Positions 15,190 through 29,015 of a DNA stretch of 64,000 nt are shown here, piece by piece (within the stretch, counting starts at the first letter, position 1; every line of letters begins with the position of its first letter). The translations under genes and the position numbers were made by a program. Location of the stretch: NCBI RefSeq assembly GCF_009914755.1, contig NC_060925.1, one strand, 5' to 3'. The stretch is from the human T2T-CHM13v2.0 reference genome, Homo sapiens. Below the pieces are notes generated by a model. It ran no database searches, was not told where the DNA came from, and worked only from the letters and a program-made list of their open reading frames with translations.

Positions 15190-15729
15190 TGGTATATACT
15201 CATGTATCATGCCAACCCTTCATTGAGGCAGAATGAAAACCAGAGGCACTGCTTGAAGTTTTACCCACTGGGAGGATTCCTTCCACTCCAGTTCTTCAGC
15301 ATTATCCCAGAGTGGAACTGCGGTGCTATAACCGTCCTCTTTTGGTTAGTGCCGACACATCATGCAGAATCATCTGTAAAACAAGCACAAGACTTTTCTT
15401 CCTAAGTCAACTAGTCATGCACAACTCCCTATGAGTCCATAGTTATATGTTGAGAAACAGAAGGTAATGCAACAGAAATCGTAACAGTGAACATCTGGGC
15501 CACTTTCTCATGCAACTTACTTTAGCATTGTGGACTTGTTTAAACACTACACTGTATATACTATTTCCATTTGATGATGCAGTGTAGTTGTGCACATCCA
15601 GTTTTATGGTTTGGTAGGTCAGGTATCACATGCAGCCCATGATGGGCAGTTCAGACCACTTGGTAACTTGATGGTCCATAGTCAAGTGGTCAGTGTCAGT
15701 CCCCGCTGCAGATCAAAAGCTGTTACTTA

Positions 15730-15805
15730 CTTCTTTCTCTCCCTCTCTTCTTTCTTTCTTTCTCTCCCTCTCTTCTTTCTTTCTTTTTCTTTCTTTCTTT
15801 CTTTT

Positions 15806-15868
<63 letters not shown>

Positions 15869-15876
15869 CTCTTTTC
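15730..15876 (+). repeat. (TTTC)n polypyrimidine microsatellite
   Basis: Near-pure pyrimidine tract with a perfect TTTC core. Confidence 0.97.
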
Positions 15877-16979
15877 CCTTAGATCAGTGAAATATGTGAA
15901 CTACAGAATAGCTATCATTTCACTTTTGTCCTTCAAATGTCACAGAAAAAATCTCTCTGGGGCCCACTGTTACCAGAAACATATAGGGAAAAGGGATTCT
16001 GGGAAATGTAGTTCCCCCTAACAAATTTGACACACTACAAAGTCTCCATACACCTGAGGGGAAAACGCTGTATCAGAAATTTTCTCATAAGATTTTTGAC
16101 AGTTGATAGGAAGCAAAAGAGTCGAAATGTTCCGAGTGAGTGATTAAGTGGAGAGATAGTACACAGCAACTATGTTTAATGGATAAACAGTAAAGGGGCT
16201 CCTGTGTACCAAAATAGAAACTTATCTACTCTATAATGTTATGCTATATTAGCTTCTAATTTCCCTTATTGATATCTTCACTCACAATAATCCTGTTTGC
16301 TTATTTCTCACAGATTCTGGTAAAGATTTCTTTTTCTCATGGAAAGTAGATGGAGGTGGGGTATGTGATTCCTGTGCTTAAAAATCTGGACCTTGGTTTC
16401 TGTCTCCTTAATTCTTTTGAGATATTCCTATATAACTATTTCTATTTCTTCAGTTGCAAAAAACATTAGGTTTATTTCTCTATCACAGAATTGCTGAGTT
16501 TATTAAACATGTAAGTAGTTGCAAAGTGTTATATCAATACTGAGAAGTTGAATCAATCACAAAGTATAACTAACTACAATTGAAAAGTAAATTAACCATA
16601 GTTATAGTCAGATTACTACGTTCCTTCAGTATTATTTATGGCTTTCATTTCCATGGTAGATTATAAAATTTTAATGTTATTAATATCTTTATTAATGAAA
16701 TTAGGATACAAAAAGATTTGTTTAAAAAGATTAAAGTTTTCAAATCATTTGAATTTTTGGCAGGGAAAATAACTATGATGGATACTGTCTCAATTATGAA
16801 CTTCCCACTTAGAAATAACCAGTTGCATGTTCCATTTCAAACCTTCTCCTAACTCACCTGAACTTTTTAAAATTTTCAGCTCCAACAGAAATAATAACTG
16901 TTATTTATTGAATACTTTTCATGTGTCAAGCATGCAGTTTACTGATTCAGCCTTCCAAAATTTGAAATGGGAACCTCTA

Positions 16980-17760
16980 CTATGTACCTAGTGCTTTACC
17001 TGGCACTGGTGTTATGATAGTGTTTTCAAAGCCATCTCCACCTTGTGGAAGGTGGAGATTAAGGAACAAAAAAACAAAGAGGTAGTTAACTGCAGCAAAA
17101 TTAAGAAAAACATAAGAAGTCAAGGCGGCACATAATAGGGACATTTAACAAGCCTTGATGAGTCAAGAAATGTTTACAGAAGTGAGACCTGAAGGATATT
17201 TTGAAGTCCGGAAAAGGTGTCATAGAAAATAAGGGAAGAGCATTCCATAAAGAGTGCATACAATATGCAAAGTCTGAAGGTAAGAAAGAAAAAGAAAAGA
17301 ACTTTGAAAGAAGTACAAATAGCTAAATAGGATTACAGAGTAAATTATGCAGGCATGAGTGGTGATATGTGAGGATGGAAATGTAGCAGAGGTCTTCTAA
17401 AGGGTAGAACCAAGTTGGAATGATGACATTCTATCCTAAGGACAGTAGGGAGCCATTAAAGACTGATGAGCATGTGAATACATGATCAAGTTAATATTTT
17501 AGGAAAATCTGATGCTTTTACGGAATAAAATGGAAGAAAAGAATGGTGGCAAATAAGCCAGTTCATAGGTGAAGAATGACTGGGACCATTGTCAATGGCC
17601 TTAAAAGGAAATGGATCAAGAGATATTTAAATGATAGAGCTGTCAAGCTTTACTGCACTGATTAGATGACAGGAAGAGGTAAGACCAAGATGATTCCCAA
17701 CATTCTAACTTGGGCAACTGGTTGGATAGTGGTGCCAACCACTGGGTCAAGGAACAAATA
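16980..17760 (-). mobile_element. LINE-2 remnant
   Basis: Purine-rich L2-like motifs (tgagacctgaaggat, ggagccatt, ttgggcaactggttggatagtggtgcc). Confidence 0.55.
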
Positions 17761-17929
17761 AATAGTAGCAAATTTTTCTCACAATATTCCTTACATTAGG
17801 TGTTATTATAGACACTTTAGAAATGAAGCTCAGAGAAGTTGGATAATATCCTAAGGTCAAAGATCTAGTAAGTGGTGGAATCTACAGGATTATGCCTCTT
17901 ACAGACTCTAGAGTCCATGCTAGCAGTAG

Positions 17930-19700
17930 ATGTTGTGGTCTGCTTCCCAGATCTCCTCTCAGGATTTATCACCTTGTTCTCCCCAGCTGTTGGGAGTGCT
18001 GCCAGCTGACAGGCCCCCTTCCAGGAAATGGACTATACCAGTGATTCCCCAAATACAATCCCTGGACCAGAAGTAGCAGCATCACTTGGGAACTTGTTAG
18101 AAATGCAAGTTCTCTGGCCTCCTTCCAGACCTCATTAGAAACTCTGGCAGTAGGACCCAACAATCTGTTTTATTAAGCCCTCCTGGGTTCTGATTCTGAT
18201 ATATGCTAAAGTTTGAGAGTCACTCACCTAGACTGATGAGAACTACCTTGGCAAAAGTCCCTGACAAAAGTCTTTCCTGACATTTTTTGTTTCAACTTAG
18301 AAAAATCCTGTGGCAAAAGGAAAAGCAAACATTATCAGGCAGAGGGAGAAATTGGTCTGCAATGCAGTCTTAAGGGAGGCCTCAAAGGATCCACTGGAAG
18401 TATGGAAACTGAGATAGCCACAGGTATTTCTCCTGCATGCTAATCTCCGCCTCAGATTTTGCCTCCTCAGTAATCCAACCAGCAATTGTTGATACCAGGA
18501 GTGGCCAGGGAATACAAACACTAAAACGGAGCTTGAACACCTGCCATTATCCTGGCAATGAGGACCCTATCGCTGGAGGTAGATGGAGCTCCTGGCAAAG
18601 GTAGCAGTGACATTGTTAAAATGCTTACTGGTGGCGAGTGGGGTTGGTATAATAATGGAAGGAAATGCACTAGTGGTTGCAATGTATCAGTTGTTTGAGA
18701 AACACAAGGTCATTGTAAGGATAGTGAAATTATCTGGTTATTGATGGGAACAACTGATGCTTTAGAAAAAGTAATAGAAGACTGAGAATAGAAAATCAAC
18801 AATTAAGGGGTTGGCATGAAAGACTGAAATCTTAGCAGCATATGAAGAGACTTTGATCTCTTGGAGCTGGATGGCAAAAAAAATGCTGAGAACCAGGCCC
18901 CAAATTAATTTTTTATGAAAAGTATCAGAACTCCAAAAATGGTTGAATTATCAACTTAAGCAAATCTGCTGTCAAGACCAGGACCTTAATTGGGAAAGAA
19001 TGGGATCCTCTGATAAAAGATGCTCTTGAACATCTTAAATCACCAGTTTTAAGTAGACCTACTTAAAACTGCAGATGCAGACACTGTCCAGTCCTTCAGA
19101 GCAATAATTAGGGTTAAAATCACAACATAACCTGGCTGGAGAAGTGTTAGACCTGACAAGGGGGATAAAGGACACCAAAGGAGGTGTAGGATCTAGTCAA
19201 CATGGACCAGAAAAAACTAGGAGTCGTAGTAGATTCTAGGGGTGCTGGATCAAAAGGGACAGAACATAAAGTTGAATGAGGAAAAATATGTTGATGTGGG
19301 ATCATTGTCCTGGAATACAGAATGTAATATCCTGTCAAGGACCCTTGGGAAAAGTGTTAGTGTGCTTGGAGGAAGCAACAGCCTACCATAAATGAAGTAG
19401 AAACGTCAAAATTGCTATGGTAGCAGAAGGAAACAAGGGCTCGGAGAAGCAGCATGCAGGAGTGGGTATATTTTGTAAAGCCTAAAAACTCACCTAATGC
19501 CAATGTTCTGAGATATTCCATTTACCAAAGCAGTAAAGAATACATGAGTGACAAAAGACCATTCATATCATGAAGAGTGCATTGGGGGCTCTCCCTTACA
19601 AACTATGGCTAGAGATGTCACAGAACTAGGCTCTCAAATGGCAATGCAAAGATAGGATCATAAAATGATAAATGCAAAGTGGTGTGTTTCTTTGGCTGCC
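17930..19700 (+). mobile_element. LTR16/ERV3-16-like ERVL remnant (LTR, PBS region, decayed gag)
   Basis: ccccagctgttgggagtgctg LTR16-like 5' part; ctcctgcatgctaatctccgcctcaga LTR end; gttgataccaggagtgg PBS-like at ~18488; gggaaagaatgggatcct gag-like segment. Confidence 0.6.
18039..18223. mobile_element. MER5A (hAT-Charlie) DNA transposon
   Basis: cagtgattccccaaa..gcagcatcacttgggaacttgttagaaatgca...aaagtttgagagtcact. Confidence 0.85.
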
Positions 19701-20052
19701 TATTACCAACTGATCTCACACTGAGATCAGGACTCCCATAAGCCAGTATGTACCTGTAAGGACATTCAGTGAGTTACAATGTTTAAATATTTCTGCACTA
19801 GTCAGTAAATAGCCATTGTCGTAAGCACTGTGCACCTCCCAACTTCTAGTGTCCCATCTCCCCATAACCAAAGGTTTAATTCCTGGCACAGCATTAAACA
19901 GGCTCCTATGGTAGCTCTGTCTGGTAGGGCCCTGTGCCATACAAATTGTTTACCACTGCAATATTTTGAAGTCTTATTTATTAAGTACATTATGGAGATT
20001 TGAAGAAAACATTAACTATTACTTGTTGTAACATATATAATGCATATTTATA

Positions 20053-20590
20053 CAGTAGTCCTCCTTATCCACTGTTTCACTTTCTGCAGCTTCAGTTACC
20101 CACAGTCAACCGTGATCTAAAAATATTAAATGGAAAATTCCAGAAAAAAAAACACAATTCGTAAGTTGTAAATTGTACACCATGCTGAGTGAGATGCTGA
20201 TGCATGATGTTGGACATCATCTCTTTGTCCAGCATGTCCACACTGTCTATACAACCCACCCATTAGTCACTTAGTAGCCTGCATAGTTGCAGGATCGACC
20301 ATCCTGGTATTTCAGTGCTTGTGTTCAAGTAACCCTTATTTTACTTAATAATGGCCCCAAAGCACAAAAATAGTGATGCTGTCATATTTTTATAGTTGTT
20401 TCATTTTATTATTAGTTGTTGTTATTAATCTCTTACTCTGTCTAATTTATAAATTAAACTTTATGATAGGTATGTAGGTATAGGAAAAAAACGTAGTGTA
20501 TATGGGGGTTTGGTACTATCCTCAGTTTCAGGTATCCACTAGGGTGCTTGCAATGTATCTCCCATGGATAAGGGGCAGGGGGCTACTCTA
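20053..20590. mobile_element. MER44 (TcMar-Tigger) DNA transposon
   Basis: TA followed by cagtagtcctccttatcc TIR, with a matching ggataagggg..ctact right end. Confidence 0.85.
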
Positions 20591-22085
20591 TGTATTAACT
20601 ATATATTAAAAACCATATAATATCTTCTTTTGTATTATATTAACAACACTTATTTAAATGGAAGTACATCAGGATAGTATGGAGGCCATGGTATTGGGGA
20701 AAAAGCATAGAGGATGGAATGAAAAAAATAGATAACATGTTTTCTGGTTACAATCTACAATAAGAATATCAAATATATAAGCAAGATTTAATTATCCTCC
20801 ACCTTGCTTAAATTTTCACAACTAAGAAATTACTACTTTTGCAAAACCTTACAGTTTTATATTACAGCATCCCTTTGAATCTAAAATATTTTTAAGCTTT
20901 CAATAAAACATGTATTTAAATCCCTTCGTTTGCTGACCTATTATTGAAAATTGTTATAGGCAATAAAAACACTTTTAAATAATTCTCCCAAATTAAACAT
21001 ATTCTAGCCAAATATTCCCCAATGTGTGAAACAACAAAGGCAATAGATGAAAATGAATGAGTGATGCTGTCTGGAATTTTAGTTTAATTTTTTTGCAATT
21101 GCTCAAATATTAATAACCTGAGATCTGATCTTTTTATACATGCAGAATCTGCTTAAGCCTTTAAAAAATAAAAAAGCTAAACAGAGATGTAACACCACAC
21201 TGTAGGGAGCAATCCCAATCTGGTGGAAGAAAAAATTAGGCAATTCAAGATGGTTTAGGGTTGTTATTTCTATGCATTCCTACAGACTGTGTCTTAAATG
21301 GGGTTACCATGAGGAAATTGACTCTGCATTCCATAAGTACTAGACTACACCTGTGCTGTTTTGTCACCTATTCAGACATTAACAGAAATTTTTGAATGAG
21401 TGGATCAAGATGGTGGGTTTTGAACTGCAGGTCTGAACAGACAGAAACAACGTGCAAATCACTAAAAGCAGGAACTGTTTTGTTGTCATAGTTATGGGAA
21501 ATTTTTCAAAGGCTGAGAAATAAGTATTGAATCCTTAATTAGAAAAATTTTATATTTTATAGATTTTACTTTTAAAAGTATGAAATAAAGAGCAAAAATA
21601 TCTTGATTGCTGAACTATCATGGGTTCCTGAAATTTAAGCTGCTATTCTATTAATGTTAGAATTAAGAATAGGAGGCATATGAACATGAATTTTCTCCTA
21701 AAAGCTATGATTGTAGTTTACTTCCACTTGATTTTTTTTTTCCTTGTTGGGATCCGTATGCCTCATTTTCTTTATCTGTACAATAGGGATTATGATAGTA
21801 ATTACTTCATAAAGTTTGGGGTAGCTAATATACATCAAATGCTGAAAATATCACCTGGTATTTAGTAAGTGCTAAATAAATATTAGCTATTGTTATTTTG
21901 TCAAATATTGGTATTTTGTCAAATGGGAAGCCACAGCATTTTCAGTAGAGAGTTTTGCTACCTTGTAGGCAAAATGGGCTTTTATGGCCTTGAAACTTAA
22001 CTGGTTTTAATAACACAGGATCTATAGGAAAACGCATTCTCTAGTCTAAGCTACCAATTTACATTTCTATAAAACGTGCATGTAT

Positions 22086-22281
22086 GGTCCCTAAGGAATC
22101 ATTTGTCTAATGTTTTCTTAGGTCTTAGGTCACTCTTATAACAGGATAGTTTTAAAGTCCAGTCTTCAACTATTTGACCATGGTTTTAAAGAGGAAGGGC
22201 AATGAGGCATCAATTTATGTGGTAGGAATTTTCCTCTAAGGTCCCTAAGGTCCCTAAGGAATCATTTGTCTAATGTTTTCT
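22086..22281 (+). repeat. Local duplication: 109-bp copy of 23038-23146 flanked by a 33-bp direct repeat
   Basis: 22129-22237 equals 23038-23146 with 3 mismatches; 22086-22118 equals 22249-22281. Confidence 0.95.
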
Positions 22282-25200
22282 ATACTAGGCTTATCTTTGG
22301 AAAGTGGTTCAGGTGACAAGATGCCCACATTTCTTACCTTTCTTAACTTATTAAGGAGAGCAAGGGGCAAAGTCTTGTGAGATCAGCCTGACTAGGTAGG
22401 CAGGTGCTAGAGCACATCTTTCCTTACAGGCCTTGCTAATGATTTTGTTTTCATCCTCAGAACAATGGAGAGACACCAAATGTGTTAAGCAGAATGTGAT
22501 ACAAGCTTAGATATGTTTATAAGAAGATCACTGGCTGCCATGTAGAGAATGGATTGGTGGGAGGTTAGTTGTTTGAGAACATGTTAATGTAACAGAGAAC
22601 AGTCTATGACTAATGCAGTGGGCTGATGAAAAACAATATTTTGGACTGACTGTGGTTGTAGCGGAAATGAAGAGCAGGAGAAAGTACATGAGAATTTCTT
22701 TGAGAAAGTTGAATTTAAAGCCAGGCAATTTTCCAACATCTCTGACTGTTTCCACATTTGTAAGGTGGAGACATTGTAGTTGCTATACACGGTAGCCGTA
22801 AAGATTAAAGGGAATGTAGGCACAGGGATCAGCAAGGCCATATAGCTAGAAAGTGATGATGCCAAGATTTAAACCCAAGATGTCTCACCCTTAAAGCTTC
22901 TCTTTGTGTGGGCTGCCATGAGAATTAAACGAGGTGTTACCAATTGTTGTGGCTGTTAAATTTTTTTTAATTGCATATTTTAAAGTACCATGATAGCCAA
23001 GTTATAATGCTATCCATTTAACAGAGACTGGGTGTCAGTCACTCTTATAACAGGATAGTTTTAAAGTCCAGGCTTCTACTATTTGACCATGGTTTTAAAG
23101 AGGAAGGGCAATGAGGCATCAGTTTATGTGGTAGGAATTTTCCTCTGCAGATGATTGTTATGTGTTCCTCCTTGCTGGTTGCTGTGGTGGTTTTGAGAGG
23201 GGATGCCAAGAAGAATGAAGCTGGGTCTCAATGCCCTTATCTGAACAAACAAGATGTGGTCTGCAGCAGCCCCACCCCACCCCAATTGGGATTTATCCTT
23301 GTAGTGAAGTCCTCCATACTTGCCTCACTGGCATATACTTGTTCATCCAATGAGAAGGAAAATGGATCCCAAAAATGTTAGCTTACTACTTGGCAATATT
23401 CTTATCAAGGGGTTAGCCTAAATGTCAACAGAACTCATGCAGCTCAGAAGAGAGATCTAGTCAGGTTTAGGGCTGCTGAGGAGCACACTTAACTGGCTCA
23501 GACCATACTTTGAGACTCAGCTGAACCTTATTTGACTTTACCTTAAAAACAATAAGCAAAGCAAATGAATTTGATAGCCCAGCACCACTGTCAGATCTGA
23601 AAGAGATTATTGACATCACATGCCTTTCTCTTTGTATCCATCTGAACATGTCTGAATGCCTGGGCCCAAAGAACCTTCCATGCTAGAAGCAGGAATGACA
23701 GATTAGGGAGAGAAGGCAGCAGTGCCTTTTCTATCCTTTCCTTTTTGTTTCCACACTGTTTAAATGAACTTTCTCCTTTTCTAAGCACCAAGTATTAATA
23801 AGTGCTTAATTAGGTCAAAGCTTGGGTGTAAGCTAGGGAGAACTGAAGTAGGCTGCCAATGAATCAAGTTAGCCCAGAAGTCATGCTGTAGTATTTGTGC
23901 CCTTGCGCAAAGTACACACCCAAAACATATGTGTGGGGCTGATTAATTGCAAAATTTGGAAGAGATGTAAGGGGCCCTGCAATTCCAGCTCCATGGGAGA
24001 GTTGAGTCATTTGTCCTTGCCAGAAGTTCACAATGTGCACGACACCGGTGGAAGCCTCATGTGCATAAAAATCATGCATTGTGCCATGGAGGTTCAGGTG
24101 GTAATAAAACCTGGAATCAAAATGGTGAATTTTACATTTGCAAAATGTGGTCCATAAAGTGAGTCAACTAGAGTACATCATAAATAGTACTGTTAAAGAA
24201 AGGGCAGTGAAATGGACCAGGTTACATTTTCACAGAACATCTGCCTCAGACGCTGTAACCTCTGCACCTCTGTCACTTTACTTAAATGTCCATTCCATCA
24301 TGAATCTGCATCTACGACTTATTGAGTAGTTGAAAATATGTTCTCTGCATCTCTTTTAAATATCTTTAATTTTCAGTAGCTTCCAATAGCACTATATTAT
24401 AAACTAAAGGAAAATACAAATTCTAATGTGTTTCACAAAAGCACAAACTTACTGACAATAAAAAGAAAAAAGTAGCCTCTTCCTTTTCTTCAAATAGATA
24501 TACAAAGAGCAATGAATAGAGATAATAAACCCCAACCAAATGCAACATTTCTTGGTGACCGAGATGGAGACTTACCGATTATAACTAAGGCAGATGTATC
24601 CATAAATATAAAATTGAATTTGCAACTTGAAAGGTATTACAGTTGAGCTTCTGCACAGACCTGCCAAGTCTCTCCAGAACTGGCCTTGCTATTCAAGAGA
24701 GAAAAAAATGAAAGCATTATAGTACCAAAAAAGGCAAATAATAATTATTTATGTTTTTCAAATCAGTATGAGACTCACATCTTTGAACTTAAAATGTGTG
24801 TGACAAATGAAGGAAGCTAGGTGTTAGATATTGCTGTGTTGACTGTTTAGCTAACTCAGGAATACTAAAATGGAATTAAGTTGATGATCTTTTGTACTCC
24901 TGGCTCCTTCAGCTGTAACATGTCTATAACTGTGCCTCCTGTTGGGCTCAATTATACTTGTTGAATCCCTTTCTTCTTTCAACACAGCATGGATTGTGAA
25001 TTGTTTCATTTGTGTTCTGTTGTGTAATCAGAAGTTTAACAAATAAAGAAATAAAAGAATTTAGATTTTAAACAGGATCTTTCTGAAAAAATGATGCCTA
25101 CAGAAAACAGGTACCTAATCCCTTGCTCCCAGTGGCCAATTATACATATTCACTCGTTTTATATCTTTTACATATAAAAGTATCTACTATACTGAGCCAA

Positions 25201-26089
25201 ACATAGTGTGAACATTTATTGGAGTAAGACTTATTAAGTCTTTAAAAAGCTTAGTAAGTTTTACAATCCTGCATTTAGAATAAAGAGGATGGAATTACAG
25301 GATGTGAGAGTATAAAGGACCTTACAGAACATCCATCCCATAGCATTTTGCAGGGGAAACATAGGTCCAATTAGGTCAAAGAGGCAGCATTCTATTATAC
25401 ACGGCAAAAGGGACAGGGCTTTGAAATCAGTCAGTGCTGGGTTCAATTTATGATGCAATAATTTCAGAGCAGGTTACTTAGTGCAAGGAAACCTTGGTTT
25501 CTTCACCTGAAAAGGGTGTAAGAATGCTTATATCACAGGCCTTTGGGGAAGATTAAATTAAATAAAGATACCAACTGTCTAACACATGACAAGGTACATA
25601 GTAAGCATTCAAAACATATTCTTTGCCAATCTTTCCTTACCCAGGTTTCCACCCCCATTCAGTGGCAGGATGGAAATGGGTACTATAGGTCTCCTGAAGC
25701 CCACTTATATAACATCAAAGTGGGCTGAGTTGTGGTTGATCTTCTCAAAGACAGCCTTGTCACAGAAGCCCAAGCAGCCAGGGAAATTTGTTCCAAACTC
25801 TTCAAAAGATAACAAGGTGAGGTGGAGAAGATGGGGAGGAGCTAAGACGTTAACTGCTTAAGACATAGCACATCTGAGAGTGTCCAGTTGCTCCTTTTCG
25901 ATTCCTCATGGATTTCATTATAATTAAAAAGGTGGTGGGTGCTCCAACTTCTGTGAGCAAGGCCAGTAATATCCTTCAATATAGACCATAAGTAAATACA
26001 CTGACTAAGTCCCCAGAAACAGGGGTCAAATTTTTCATGCTCACCTGTGGACATTATGTCAGAAACACTCTTGTAGGGGCCAAGAGATT

Positions 26090-26290
26090 AACATTTATTG
26101 AGCAACTACAAGGAATGAAGCACTCTTTTCAACTACGCTGTGAATTATGAATAGATGTTATTACCTTCATTTACAGACATAGGCTAAGAGGAGTCAAGGA
26201 TATAACCCAAGGGAAATAGGGCAGTTAAGTGTCAATGCCAGGATTTAAATCCAGACACATCTGAATTCAAAGCCCACACTAGTTTCACTG
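26090..26290 (-). mobile_element. MIR SINE
   Basis: taacatttattgagcaactac...catttacaga...ccaggatttaaatccaga..tctgaattcaaagccc. Confidence 0.7.
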
Positions 26291-26909
26291 CACTCCCGGC
26301 CTCCTGGAATTGTTCACTTTAATACACACTGGCTAAGGCTGTTCAGATGAAGCTGTATGAGTAGCTGAGACAGTAATAATCTGATTATAAATCATTGACA
26401 GGGGCCACTGTGGTTAAAGACATGCTGTGCAAACTGTATTTTACGACCCATCACATGGGTACAGTACTACCCAGAAGACTACTTTAACTAGGGAAGGACA
26501 GAATAGCAAGTCAAAGAGCAAGACTATATAGTAGGAAGTATTTCATTATTATCTTTCATAGGAAAATATGTTTTCTAATCAATTTTCACTGGTCAGAGAG
26601 TCTAGAATATATTCACTATGAAAAGATATAATGTTAGTTTTCCTTTATGTCTTTATCATATGAGGCTAAAAAGTAACTTTTTTAAAAGTGAGGAACTCAG
26701 TATAGAAAAGTTTTTTTTTTTTTTAATTTTAAAAGACTTGGAAGGAAAAAAGAGCAAATTAAGTTACCATGCATGTTAGAAGGTCCAAATGATAGAATTA
26801 TTATTTTAAAATAATTTCACTATAATACTTAAGAAGTGATTTGTTATAGTTCTGGTAAGTAGTGATTGTTCTGCTTGGCTGTGATGTATCTGGATTCTGT
26901 GCTTAAGTC

Positions 26910-27300
26910 GTAGAAACTGTACTCACTAAGGTGCAGTTTGGCCACTTCAACAAGACCCAAAAAATCTCACATAACCATCCAAGCAGAATAGTCCAGGGCT
27001 AATATGGTGGTCTGTTACATCATGAAGACAGGATTCTTTCTCATTTGTTCTGCAGCCCTCAAAGTATGGTTTCCATGTCATGGTTCAAGACAGTTGTTCT
27101 AGCTCCCACTTTCCCATCAACATTTCAAAAGGAAGGAGAAAAAAGGAAGGTAGGACTCCTATCCTTTAAAGAGATTTCCTGGAAGTTTTACATACTATTT
27201 AAGCAAGGCTGGGAAATGTCCTCAGCTAAAATTCTATTACTAGGACAGAAAGAAAGACCAGGTAATGGGATAACTACTACAGAGCTGCAACCTACTATCC
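26910..27300 (-). mobile_element. Old MLT1-like LTR
   Basis: gtccagggctaatatggtggt..catggttcaaga..gctccc...ggctgggaaatgt motifs. Confidence 0.5.
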
Positions 27301-28093
27301 ACGATGTGGATCTTAATGGGGCAGTTTGAAAATTACTCTGTCAGAAGCTATTTCACATTGAAAAAATTTCACAAATTTTATAAGACATACTAATTTGCTA
27401 CTGAGCAGGACATAGTCCAGAAGTGCATACTGAAAGAGGAATGTGATAAGGCAAGGCAGGGCTAGAGAAGGTAGATGACCCTGTTGGGTCCTTGCAAAAG
27501 AGCTGTGGCACTAACCCCTTCCTTTGTTTCTCTGGAAGCAGTACAACCAATAAAGTGCAAAGATCAGCAAAGATTTCCCAGTAAATGAAATTGTCACTTT
27601 TTTTTTAAAAATTATTATATAAGCTTGATAAAAAAAGAAAATGATTATGCATCACAATTTTTATTTTGATATGATAATTTATAAGTAAATGCAATAATTA
27701 TGTTCATATTACTAAATAAGGTTTGTATAGTATCTTATTTGCTCCATATTTTGTTACACAATCCAAAAATGACAAAAGTTATAGAATGATTCTCTAATTG
27801 ATTTGCCTGGCATATTTATGTTAAATAACATTCTTATGGGCACAGGCCATTTAACTTAACCTTCTAGTAATTGTAAGAGTCATATAGTATCCCCATTCTA
27901 CACGTCAAAAACAGGTTCAGAGGGAATGAAGTCACTTGTCGAGATCACATCGATCTTAAGTAGATGAGTTGGAGATCACATCAGGGCAGTCAGTCACCAA
28001 AGGCATATGTCTGCTATAAGAAAGCCCAAAATCTACACATATTTCCTAATGGCTATTCTAGAATATTTTAAGGCCATTAAAAGTCCTTACATC

Positions 28094-28232
28094 AGCTGGG
28101 TGCCATGGCTAACACCTGTAATCCCAGTACTGTGGGAAGCTGAGGTAGGAGAATCACTTGAGGCAGGAGTTTAAGGCCAGCCTGGACAACATAGACAGAC
28201 ACCCCACCTTCCTCCACCCATATCTACAAAAC
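28094..28232 (+). mobile_element. Free left Alu monomer (FLAM-like)
   Basis: Only the left arm is present, ending ccagcctggacaacatag..accccacct. Confidence 0.85.
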
Positions 28233-28871
28233 AATTTTAAGAAGTGAAAAAAAGGGTGGGGGGACAAACAAAAAGTTCTTGCGTCATACTTATAACCCAG
28301 CAGTGAAAGATAATTAAAGTGAGGTGTGGCTCCAAGCCCGGGGCTGTCACCTCCTTCCTCCCTCTGACTTATTTTAATCACTTAGGATAAACATCTTCCC
28401 TACCCCAATTTTTAGCATACTGTAGTAAGAAATTAATTTAATCAGAAAGCTCTGGCAAAGTGTAAAATATGTTACAAGGAGTTTTCCCCTTTTCTTGTAT
28501 ACATTATTAGTCTATGGCAAAAGAATTTGAGTTCAAGTCATGAACTGAACTGATATCTGAAAAAGAATTTATTTGGTTTACAATTGTATCAGTTGAAGTT
28601 CCAATGAATGTAATTAGTCTTTTATTTTTAATTTCAGATTAATAAAGCCTTAGGATGCTTATGCATTCAATGCTATATTTTGGATGGCAAAATTTAGATG
28701 GTCTGAAAATATTTAATTTGTTATGTTTTCCCAAAATAGCCACGGAAAAATCTTTAGTTTCTTCTTGTCTCTCTATAAGTTCTGTAAGGACCAACTGATT
28801 CTGAGAGGACAAATGGTCAAGTTAATCGTGAATTTTTGTGCATGTTAGGTGATATTAAAGTTAGCCTATCA

Positions 28872-28976
28872 CGTGCTGCAGCAGAATCGCTTGAACCCGG
28901 GAAGCGGAGGTTGCAGTGAGCCAAGATTGCACCACTGCACTCCAGCCTAGGTGACAGAGGGAGACTCTGCCTCAAA

Positions 28977-29014
<38 letters not shown>
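28872..29014 (+). mobile_element. 5'-truncated Alu with (TAAA)n tail and 15-bp TSD
   Basis: Only the 3' part of the right arm; TSD AAAGTTAGCCTATCA (28857-28871) and AAAGTTAGCCTGTCA (29015-29029). Confidence 0.93.

Positions 29015-29015
<1 letters not shown>

Noticed and set aside
13800-19700. Possible intact or domesticated retroviral genes
   Set aside because: Only fragmentary motifs with degraded catalytic residues and no long ORF.
22086-22281. 33-bp direct repeats around a unique segment, superficially like a CRISPR repeat-spacer unit or a TSD-flanked element
   Set aside because: Only two repeats, eukaryotic context, no cas genes, no poly(A) or TIR; the insert is a copy of nearby DNA.
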